Assembly (NCBI GenBank): GCA_012797845.1
Contig: JAAZOH010000025.1
Coordinates: 3,767 to 67,766, forward strand
Reading direction: 5' to 3'
Origin: Candidatus Beckwithbacteria bacterium
GTDB taxonomy: Bacteria; Patescibacteriota; Microgenomatia; UBA1400; UBA1449
DNA length: 64,000 nt
In this document: positions 1-7,626 of the stretch, in pieces
Layout of the letters: every line of letters starts with the position of its first letter
How positions within the stretch are numbered: the stretch's first letter is position 1
Made by a program: the position numbers and the translations under genes
The notes under the pieces: model-generated
The model's input: only the letters and a program-made list of their open reading frames with translations
The model's database searches: none
Told to the model about the DNA's origin: nothing

Positions 1-671
1 TGCATTTCCATTTGTTCAAATTCCCTAGTCCTAAAAATAAATTGCCGAGCGGTAATTTCGTTTCGGAAAGCTTTTCCAATTTGAGCAATTCCAAACGGTA
101 TTTTTACTCTGGTTGAGTCCAGTACATTTTTATAGTTTAAGTAAATCCCCTGGCAAGTCTCACCTCGCAGATAGCTTGGTTCTTTTGTCCAATCGCCTGT
201 AAAATTACCTAGGTTTGATTGCACTAGTAAGTTAAATTTTTTAACTTGACTAAAGTCCTGAGCTTGGCAATTAGGACATTTGATTTGATTTTTATTGCTT
301 TCAAAAAGTTGATTAATCTCTTCAGCTGACATTTTTTCATCAGCCGCAACTCCAATTCCAGCCAACAAATGATCAGCTCGGGACCGAGCATGACAAGCTC
401 GACATTCAACTAAAGGGTCAGAAAAACCAGCCACATGCCCACTAGCTTCCCAGGTTTTAGGGTGCATAAAAATAGCCGAGTCTAAACCAACCACATCTTC
501 CCGCAGTTGCACCATATAGCGCCACCAGGCTGCTTTAATATTGTTTAAAAGCTCCGCTCCCACTGGACCATAATCATAAATAGCCGCAAAGCCTCCATAA
601 ATTTCAGATGATGGATAGACAAATCCCCGACGCTTAGCTACTGCTACAATGTCTTGCAAAGAAGTAGTCAT
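1..671 (-). CDS. glyQS: Glycine--tRNA ligase (alpha2 homodimeric type), 3' end truncated by window edge
   Basis: Not in the ORF track. Manual translation from ATG 671: MTTSLQDIVAVAKRRGFVYPSSEIYGGFAAIYDYGPVG...WEASGHVAGFSDPLVEC...YLRGETCQGIY...PFGIAQIGKAFRNEITARQFIFRTREFEQMEM, which are class II GlyRS-1 motifs. Confidence 0.96.
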   Translation of the reverse strand, partial: MTTSLQDIVAVAKRRGFVYPSSEIYGGFAAIYDYGPVGAELLNNIKAAWWRYMVQLREDVVGLDSAIFMHPKTWEASGHVAGFSDPLVECRACHARSRADHLLAGIGVAADEKMSAEEINQLFESNKNQIKCPNCQAQDFSQVKKFNLLVQSNLGNFTGDWTKEPSYLRGETCQGIYLNYKNVLDSTRVKIPFGIAQIGKAFRNEITARQFIFRTREFEQMEM

Positions 672-748
672 ATATCAAGAATAAAGAATTAAAAGTAAAG
701 AATCAAGCTCTTATATCTTAATTTTTCATCTTTAAAAATAGTTGAGCT

Positions 749-818
749 ATCCGCCTTCGTCCCTGAGGCTACACATAGACTTATTCAGTCTCGTTTGCCT
801 CAGGAGACTTCGGCGGAT
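749..818. repeat. GC-rich imperfect palindrome (REP-like hairpin) in glyQS leader
   Basis: ATCCGCC(749-755)/GGCGGAT(812-818), CCTGAGGC(762-769)/GCCTCAGG(797-804) and inner AGACT/AGTCT pairings in an otherwise AT-rich region. Confidence 0.6.
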
Positions 819-850
819 TATTGCATTTTATAACTTAATAAGTACGCAAT

Positions 851-903
851 AAAAAAACCGTCTCTACAAAGCTTTAATTTAATAAAACTTTATAGGGACG
901 GTT
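851..903 (-). terminator. Intrinsic terminator of the T-box leader
   Basis: AACCGUCCCUAUAAAGUUUUA / UAAAGCUUUGUAGAGACGGUU stem followed by a U-run; overlaps the antiterminator 3' strand, so the two are mutually exclusive. Confidence 0.88.
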
Positions 904-1004
904 CTTAAAGAATCGCGGTTCCACCCTATTTGACGAAACATGTAATCCAATAATTTCGTCCGCTCTTGTTTTTATAGCTCCCGCTTGCCAAAGCGATCAT
1001 AGCT
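851..1004 (-). ncRNA. Glycyl T-box riboswitch (transcription antitermination leader) with ultra-short Stem I
   Basis: Minus strand: K-turn Stem I AGC-UAU-GA-UCGCU-UUGGCA-AGCGG-GA-GCU with GGC at 989-987; Stem III GACGAAA/UUUCGUC (960-932); T-box UAGGGUGGAACCGCG (928-914) pairing with CGUCCCUA (900-893); lies upstream of glyQS. Confidence 0.9.
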
Positions 1005-1012
1005 TAGTTTTT

Positions 1013-1040
1013 ATAATAGCAAATTTTGTTAAAATTACAA
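1013..1040 (-). promoter_or_regulatory. Putative sigma70 promoter for T-box/glyQS
   Basis: TTGTAA (1040-1035), 16 nt spacer, TGn-extended TATTAT (1018-1013); predicted start falls just before Stem I. Confidence 0.6.
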
Positions 1041-1041
1041 A

Positions 1042-1269
1042 CTATGTATGTTTGCAAACTTCTTCACCTAACTCTTTACTAAAGGAAATAAGTTGTTGAG
1101 TAGTAAATATGCTCCCACTAGCCAGCAAGCCGGCTAAAATTCCAGCAGCAATTTGAGTCTCATTACCACCTAACCAAAGACCATATGCCACACCTGATGA
1201 AACAGTACTAGTAGACGCCTCAAGCAAATCTCTTAAATTGGGATTTCGAAGCAACTGTTCTTTAATCAT
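1042..1269 (-). CDS. Small hypothetical membrane protein
   Basis: 75 aa ORF with Gly/Ala-rich hydrophobic segments, co-oriented directly after recO. Confidence 0.55.
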   Translation of the reverse strand: MIKEQLLRNPNLRDLLEASTSTVSSGVAYGLWLGGNETQIAAGILAGLLASGSIFTTQQLISFSKELGEEVCKHT

Positions 1270-1284
1270 ATTTATTAAGATTAA

Positions 1285-1833
1285 TTATATATCATAACAA
1301 TCTGCGCTCATCAACTTTCTTTCTAAGACATTTTCAATAAAAGCCGTAGTCTCAGTTAAAGTTTTTATAGGAGGAGTTCCAAACCCTAAAAGTTCCAAGA
1401 GGCGCAAATTAAAACGTAATAAAACTGTATCGCACCGTTCTAAAGCTAATTCCCTACTTTGCAGATATTCAAAGGCTAGTTTCAGTAATTCATAGATTTC
1501 TTCATTGACTTCTTCTTCTGGGGCTAGTTTATTAATAAGTTCAATGAGCTGATAACCAAGTTTAGTTTTTTGATAGTCAGTGGCAAAATTTTGGTAATTT
1601 TGATCAAGAAAAACTTCAGTTACAATGTCACCAGCTCGACCCTTAGCTACCAAAATACTCACTTCATTAAATAGCTCCAACAAACCGCTACGACGGGATT
1701 GCAACTTGCGAATCCCTTTGGCTTTAAGAGTAATCTTACCTTTTTCCCTGGAAAAAAAAGTGATTAGCCGATCAGCTTCAGCAAAATTCCGACGCCTAAT
1801 CACAAAACCTTGAAGACGATATGTTCTACTCAT
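1285..1833 (-). CDS. recO: DNA repair protein RecO
   Basis: RecO N-terminal OB motif GFVIRRRNFAEADRLITFFSREKGKITLKAKGIRK..SRRSG.LELF; C-terminal LRLLELLGF.P; short form without a zinc finger. Confidence 0.92.
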   Translation of the reverse strand: MSRTYRLQGFVIRRRNFAEADRLITFFSREKGKITLKAKGIRKLQSRRSGLLELFNEVSILVAKGRAGDIVTEVFLDQNYQNFATDYQKTKLGYQLIELINKLAPEEEVNEEIYELLKLAFEYLQSRELALERCDTVLLRFNLRLLELLGFGTPPIKTLTETTAFIENVLERKLMSADCYDI

Positions 1834-1839
1834 GCTAGC

Positions 1840-4419
1840 TTAGATTTTCCAACTTTTAGTCGTATCTTTATCTAAAGTAAATTCTTCTTCTTGGCCTTTG
1901 ATGCGGACAATGTACTTACTATTTTTAGTACCAGGTTGTTTTTGAACTAGCATACTATAAGCATCACCAGCTTTTACTTTAAAAGGTAAAGTGTAAGTAA
2001 TAATAATCTTAGCTTTTTTCTCAGGATATAGTTCAAAAAAGCCTTCAAACACGGTTTTGTCCAAATCTTCACTTTGAGTAATTTTAGTTAAAGCTCCTCG
2101 CCCTTCCTCCAATTTTGAACCTTTTGGTACATAAATCCGGAAATAATCACGCCATTTTCCAGACAAACATAAGTCACCAGCTTCCAAATTACAATTATCC
2201 ATTGGTTCAGGATGGGTATAGGTAATTGTCAAAGTCTTGGTAACCGTACCATCATCGGCAATTTCGATATCCTGTTCAGCTTCCTGATCAATATAAAAAT
2301 TAGATTTAGCCCCACCAAGATTAGCGTCATTGATGTGCAAATAATCATTTTTAGCTTCATTGATTCTACCGGCAATATTGAAAGCTTCAGCAGCTTTTTG
2401 TAGCTTTTCATCTTTAAAATAAACCAGCAGATGTTTTTCTTCCATGAGTTGAAACATAAGCGGCACTAGTTTAGCTAGTTGTTCCTTACCACCACCCAAA
2501 GATTTTTTCATCAGAGCTTGCATCATTGGACCCAAAATAGAAGTTTTACGGTTAGTCACTACGGTAGCTAGTGGCTTATCAACAATGTGTTCCAGCTCGC
2601 AAACAATTTGAGCTAAATTACACCTAGGATCATTTTCAACTGTAAAGGTTCCATAATCATCAACTACCAAAGGACCAGTCACTTCAACCATGCGCCGTAA
2701 CACTTCTGTATCAATAGCAATAATGCCATCTACTTTATATTCATCTTTAAGTTCTGAATAGTATTTATCAAAAGTAGTCATAGATACATAATAATCAGGT
2801 GAGAAATTCATATTGCGCAAATACCAATAGTCTTCATTCATGTGAATTTTAAATGGTTCTGGAGCTTCAACTTTGTTGCCAAATTTCTTATCCAAACTAT
2901 AAATATCATCACTTTTCTCTGGGGTAGTTCGTCCTTTATCAATATTAATAACTGCAAAAGCACTCATAAAACCACCAGTTGGTCGCAGTTCACCATCATT
3001 TTGGAAAATAACTAAGTATTTCTTACTTGTCGGATACCCTAAAATTTGAGGTAAAACTTCAACTAACGGTCTGGCGTCAGTGACCGCTACCACAGCTTCA
3101 GCTACCAAGGCTTTACCTTGAATTAGGCGAGGTCTGATTGATTTGCCCTGAAGCTCTTCAGGATAGTCATTTGGGTCAATTTTATCTAGCTCATCTTCCA
3201 CAATCTGAAGTTTTTGCGAAACTTCTTCCAGTTTCGGAGTCACTTTGTCTAAAGTTTCAACTACTTTAACGATTCGGTCTTCAGCTGTTCCACCTTCAAA
3301 GCTACCTTGACCTTTTAAACCCAACACATCAGCATACGGCAAAACTGCATCAACTAAAATTTCTCCAGCTTCAATTCCAGCCACTCCAGCTTTAAGTCCA
3401 GCTTCAGCATCAGTAGCATAAGTTGATACAAACGGTATCGCTTTAAGCCATGAGAGCTTCTGATAGGCTTTTTGAGTAGCCAACAATGCTGTTTTAGTTT
3501 CACTTAACTTGGTTTTAGCTGGTTCTAAATCTTGGTTTTTGACTAAAGTATAAGCCTCTTGGGCTAAGGTCATAGTTTTCTGACCATTATCTAGAACCGG
3601 CTTTGCTAGTAAATAAGTGGTGGCCCCTAAGGCAATTACAAGCACCAAAACTACCCCCACTCCAATCCCAATCAGTTTTAAAGTTTTTTTACCCTTTTTC
3701 TGTTCTGCTTTTGGAGGTTGTTCTGTTTTTTTCTTACCAAACGGTAATTTAGCTTTAATTTTTGCCATAAGTGATAGTTTTTCTTCTTTTTCTACTTCCT
3801 GGTTTTGTTCAGGTTGAGATTCTACTTTTGGTTCTTGAGATTGAGCTTCATTTGGCTGATTTTCTTGAGGCTGCACTTGGGCTTCTACTGGTTTAGCAGC
3901 TTCACCTTGAGTCTGGTTTTCTTCAGGTTTAGTGGCTTCTGGTTGGGATTGTGCTTCTTGAGGCTTAGTTGTCGTCTCAGCTTGTGTTTGATTTTCTGCT
4001 GGAGCTGCCTCAGCCTGAACTTGGCTACTAGCATTGCCTGACTCCACTTTTCCTGGTTCGGTTTGTACTGGTTCAGTAGGAGCTGTCTCGGCTTTATTAG
4101 CTTCATTTTGAACTGGCTCTGGGGCATCTTTTTTGCCATCTTCAACTACCTGTGAATCTACTGGCTCGGTTTTTTTAGGGTCAGTATTTTGCTCAGCTGC
4201 AGCTTCTTGAGACTTTTCAGCTTCAACTGGCTTAGCGTCATTAGTCTCAGCTTTCTCTGGTTGAACTGAGGTTTCCGGCTCATTAAGTGCCTTAAGTTCG
4301 GTCGCTACTTCTTTAATCTCATTAACCAACTCTTGTGTTTCAGAGGAGATATCAGTTGTTTTATCATGAATGATTTGTTTTTTTGTTTTGGGCATAGGCA
4401 AGATGGCTCCGCTTACCAT
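1840..4419 (-). CDS. DUF4012-domain membrane-anchored protein with long low-complexity N-terminus (alternative start 4395)
   Basis: YLVIFQNDGELRPTGGF, RNMNFSPD, DGIIAID, DANLGGAKSN and QKQPG motifs; one TM helix near aa 250-272. Confidence 0.85.
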   Translation of the reverse strand: MVSGAILPMPKTKKQIIHDKTTDISSETQELVNEIKEVATELKALNEPETSVQPEKAETNDAKPVEAEKSQEAAAEQNTDPKKTEPVDSQVVEDGKKDAPEPVQNEANKAETAPTEPVQTEPGKVESGNASSQVQAEAAPAENQTQAETTTKPQEAQSQPEATKPEENQTQGEAAKPVEAQVQPQENQPNEAQSQEPKVESQPEQNQEVEKEEKLSLMAKIKAKLPFGKKKTEQPPKAEQKKGKKTLKLIGIGVGVVLVLVIALGATTYLLAKPVLDNGQKTMTLAQEAYTLVKNQDLEPAKTKLSETKTALLATQKAYQKLSWLKAIPFVSTYATDAEAGLKAGVAGIEAGEILVDAVLPYADVLGLKGQGSFEGGTAEDRIVKVVETLDKVTPKLEEVSQKLQIVEDELDKIDPNDYPEELQGKSIRPRLIQGKALVAEAVVAVTDARPLVEVLPQILGYPTSKKYLVIFQNDGELRPTGGFMSAFAVINIDKGRTTPEKSDDIYSLDKKFGNKVEAPEPFKIHMNEDYWYLRNMNFSPDYYVSMTTFDKYYSELKDEYKVDGIIAIDTEVLRRMVEVTGPLVVDDYGTFTVENDPRCNLAQIVCELEHIVDKPLATVVTNRKTSILGPMMQALMKKSLGGGKEQLAKLVPLMFQLMEEKHLLVYFKDEKLQKAAEAFNIAGRINEAKNDYLHINDANLGGAKSNFYIDQEAEQDIEIADDGTVTKTLTITYTHPEPMDNCNLEAGDLCLSGKWRDYFRIYVPKGSKLEEGRGALTKITQSEDLDKTVFEGFFELYPEKKAKIIITYTLPFKVKAGDAYSMLVQKQPGTKNSKYIVRIKGQEEEFTLDKDTTKSWKI

Positions 4420-5033
4420 TTAGTAATCATGGCTTGAGGAGTTTTTAACATAATAACTATATCATCTTTTAGACTATGATTGCGAGCATAATCACTATCC
4501 ATTTTAGCGCGTTTATCAAACGGGATTTCATTACGACCCGAAGTTTGCCAAGGACCAGTCATACCGGGCTTAACTTTGTAAATATTTTTAACCCATTTTC
4601 TAGTATGGGGATATTTTTTAGTCTGCTCATCTAATTCTTTTTTAAGATAGGCTCGGGGACCCACAATACTCATATCGCCTTTTAAAACGTTGTAAAGCTG
4701 GGGAAATTCATCCAATGTCAAATTGCGCATGATTTTACCCAATGGGGTAATCCGCGGATCATTAACTAGTTTCCAGTCACATTTTTTAAACTCTTCCAAT
4801 AGTTTTTTATCCTGCTTATGCAAAATATCGTCAGCATTAACTACCATAGACCTAAATTTATAAAACCAGAATTCTTTACCATTTTTACCCACTCGCCTAT
4901 GTTTGTAAAAAACTGGGCCTGGTGAATCGAGTTTAATGAGCAGCGGTAAAATAAGCCAGATCGGCAAAAATAAAACAAAAAGGATCAATGCCACTAAAAT
5001 ATCTATTGCTCGTTTGAGCGGTTCATAATCCAT
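4413..5033 (-). CDS. Priming phosphoglycosyl transferase (bacterial sugar transferase family)
   Basis: KRAIDI, DSPGPVFY, KFRSM, DPRIT, LDEFPQLYNVLKGDMSIVGPR and KPGMTG motifs. Confidence 0.95.
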   Translation of the reverse strand: MDYEPLKRAIDILVALILFVLFLPIWLILPLLIKLDSPGPVFYKHRRVGKNGKEFWFYKFRSMVVNADDILHKQDKKLLEEFKKCDWKLVNDPRITPLGKIMRNLTLDEFPQLYNVLKGDMSIVGPRAYLKKELDEQTKKYPHTRKWVKNIYKVKPGMTGPWQTSGRNEIPFDKRAKMDSDYARNHSLKDDIVIMLKTPQAMITKW

Positions 5034-5042
5034 ATATTAATC

Positions 5043-6125
5043 TTAGTTTTGATACAAACTGTTGTAAAGCTCTTTTACCTTAGGAGCCTGAGCCATGGGG
5101 CAAACCAGTAAACCGGCATCACTATTGACCACAATCATATTAGATAAGCCGATTAAACCAACCGTTTTCCCTTGATGATTAATAATTAAAGAGTTACTCA
5201 CATCTAATAAATTTACCTTGCCAATAATCACATTACCATCATTATCTTTATCTAAACCATGATACAGCAGTTCCCAAGTTCCCACATCAATCCAACCCAT
5301 ATCAACTGGTAAATCCCACTGACTTTTAGGCGGCAACTTTTCAAAAATACCGTAATCGATCGATACTTTTTCCATCTGGGGATATTCTTCTTCCAGTACT
5401 GATTGATATTGTGGTGTATCAACAACCTTACTAATCTTCTCAAGCCGTGCATAAATTTGAGGCGCATATTTTTGATAGTAAGAGAGTAAAAGTGATGGCT
5501 TAGTAGCCATGTAGCCAACATGAATTAGATATTCATGTGATCTAAATAATTTTTGAGCAGTTTCTAAATCCGGTTTTTCTACCTGTTGTAAAAATTCATA
5601 AACATCATGTTTAGCTTCGGTTTTGACTTTCTGGCCAATTTTAATCCAACCGTTATGAACAGATGGATAAGTAGGAAAACAGTCTACGTGAACTATCCGA
5701 TCATGAGCAGCAGCCAAAGAAGCCGCCTCGCAAATTGCATCCAAAAAGACTTCATCATTTTGAATCACATGATCTGCTCCCCAAAGCATAATCATAACTG
5801 CCTTAGGGTGACGTTTAGCAATCACTGACGTAGCCAAACCAACAGCTCCAAGATTGTCCCGCATGGCTGGTTCTAAAATTAAGTTTTTATCAGGAATTTG
5901 TGGGGCTTGTTTTTTGAGCTGGTCTTTAAATTTCTCTGAAGTAGCAATATAGACATCTTCAGGCTTAAAACGCTTTAAAACTCTGGCTACAAACTCGGCA
6001 AATATTGACCGCTTGCCCAACAAACCCTCAAATTGTTTCGGATGGTCCATATTGCTAATCGGCCACATCCGAGTGCCTTTACCGCCACACATAATTAAGA
6101 CTTTGATTTCTGGTTTTGTCTCCAT
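5043..6125 (-). CDS. manC: Mannose-1-phosphate guanylyltransferase (no cupin domain)
   Basis: GGKGTRMWPIS..HPKQF, LEPAMRD, ADH, EKPD, SIDYGIFEK and WIDVGTW motifs. Confidence 0.88.
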   Translation of the reverse strand: METKPEIKVLIMCGGKGTRMWPISNMDHPKQFEGLLGKRSIFAEFVARVLKRFKPEDVYIATSEKFKDQLKKQAPQIPDKNLILEPAMRDNLGAVGLATSVIAKRHPKAVMIMLWGADHVIQNDEVFLDAICEAASLAAAHDRIVHVDCFPTYPSVHNGWIKIGQKVKTEAKHDVYEFLQQVEKPDLETAQKLFRSHEYLIHVGYMATKPSLLLSYYQKYAPQIYARLEKISKVVDTPQYQSVLEEEYPQMEKVSIDYGIFEKLPPKSQWDLPVDMGWIDVGTWELLYHGLDKDNDGNVIIGKVNLLDVSNSLIINHQGKTVGLIGLSNMIVVNSDAGLLVCPMAQAPKVKELYNSLYQN

Positions 6126-7195
6126 AATTCCTCCACAATTTTTGCAAAATTGTTTTTAAAAATTGTTTTACTAAATTTTTGAGCTTGCGCTTTGCAAACT
6201 TGAGCTGAAAAGTCTTTCTTTTCAAATTCTAGCAAAGCTTTTTCTAAACTAGATACTGATTGTTTTTTAAAAAGTATTCCGGTTTTATTTGAAATAATTG
6301 TATCTAAAACGCCACCTTTAGCAAAAGCAATTACTGGTTTACCAAAGCTCATTGCTTCAACCGGCACAATTCCAAAATCCTCATAACCGGCAAACAAAAC
6401 TGCCTGACAGCGCTTATAGTACATAGCAAGTATGTCATCTGTCAAATTTCCCACAAAATAAATAGTTTTACCGACTAGCTTTCTAAGCCTTTTTTCCTGT
6501 TCACCACTACCTACTATTATTAAATTTCGTTGCAATTTATTACAAACTTTGATTGCCAAATCAACCCGTTTATAAGAAACCAAACGAGAAACCACTAGAT
6601 AAAACCGCTTTGGTGTTTTTATAGGCAATATTGTTTTTGGTTCAGATAGCTCAACTGGCGGAAATATAATGCGGCTATCTTGATGGTAGTATCGCTTAAT
6701 TCTTTGAGAAACAGCTGTGGAAATAGCAATAAAGTGATCAATGTTTTGGATCGCTTTAAAATCAGTTTGCCGCAAAAATGGACCCAACAATTTTAAAAAT
6801 AAGCCTTTAATACCTTCTCGTTCATAACTTTTGCGATGCGACCATAAATAGCGGGTTGGCGTCAGACAATAGCAAATGTGGAGTGTCTGAGAACCAGTTT
6901 TTATGTGTTTAGCTTCAGCTGAAGTCACTGAAATAACTATGTCAAATTCATCAAAATTAAACTTGGAAAAGGCTAAAGGCGTCAACCAAGCAAACCATTC
7001 ATGATGATCTTTTGCAAAAGGTATGTTTTGTAAAAATGAAGTTTTAACATTAAAAACTTTGGCCCAAGGAGCTTTAGTAGGGTTGTAGACTGTTGTATAA
7101 AGAGGAGCTTGAGGCCAAATTTCATGTAGGGCTAACAAAACCCGCTCAGCCCCACCAAACTTATTGACCCGATCATAGACTAAAGCAATTTTCAT
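6095..7195 (-). CDS. GT4 glycosyltransferase (WbaZ-like)
   Basis: GGAERVL, CYCLTPTRYLW, SRLVSYKRVD and EDFGIVPVEAM motifs. Confidence 0.92.
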   Translation of the reverse strand: MKIALVYDRVNKFGGAERVLLALHEIWPQAPLYTTVYNPTKAPWAKVFNVKTSFLQNIPFAKDHHEWFAWLTPLAFSKFNFDEFDIVISVTSAEAKHIKTGSQTLHICYCLTPTRYLWSHRKSYEREGIKGLFLKLLGPFLRQTDFKAIQNIDHFIAISTAVSQRIKRYYHQDSRIIFPPVELSEPKTILPIKTPKRFYLVVSRLVSYKRVDLAIKVCNKLQRNLIIVGSGEQEKRLRKLVGKTIYFVGNLTDDILAMYYKRCQAVLFAGYEDFGIVPVEAMSFGKPVIAFAKGGVLDTIISNKTGILFKKQSVSSLEKALLEFEKKDFSAQVCKAQAQKFSKTIFKNNFAKIVEELWRQNQKSKS

Positions 7196-7619
7196 AAAAT
7201 TTTCTAAGGTGAATAATATCTTTTCTACTTATATGTGTAAAAATTAGTTTAGTTGCCAGATGTTGCCAATTTATAAATTCACTGACTTTATACATAGTCC
7301 AATTACAAAAACTTCTTGACTGATAGTTAGATGTTTTAAAATTCAAATATGTTGGTATAAATAAATTATAGCTATCTATTCCATTTCTTGTTATTTTGGC
7401 CTTTTTATTAAAAATATTTACAGTTTGGGGCTCAAAACATGATTGGCCATATTTTTTAAAAGCAATTCCTACAACATAATCAGGTTTATTTTGAATAATT
7501 AATTGCTTAAATGTTTCAATATCTTTTGTTAGTTTATAAAAATAGAAAATACTGGGAAAAATATCTTCTATTTCTTTTTTATAGGGAAAGGTTTTAAAGC
7601 TATAAACCAACAGATTCAT
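7173..7619 (-). CDS. Small protein with pyroglutamyl-peptidase-I (C15)-like motifs
   Basis: KPDYVVGI, FEPQTVN, SFCNWTMY and IFTHI match the order of the Glu-Cys-His triad motifs; overlaps the next gene in the operon. Confidence 0.55.
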   Translation of the reverse strand: MNLLVYSFKTFPYKKEIEDIFPSIFYFYKLTKDIETFKQLIIQNKPDYVVGIAFKKYGQSCFEPQTVNIFNKKAKITRNGIDSYNLFIPTYLNFKTSNYQSRSFCNWTMYKVSEFINWQHLATKLIFTHISRKDIIHLRKFYENCFSL

Positions 7620-7626
7620 TTTATTT

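Noticed and set aside
224-409. 61-aa minus-strand ORF
   Set aside because: Out-of-frame shadow inside glyQS, which the track missed because it runs off the window edge.
3617-4145. Several short overlapping ORFs
   Set aside because: Alternative-frame or antisense by-products of the low-complexity DUF4012 N-terminus.
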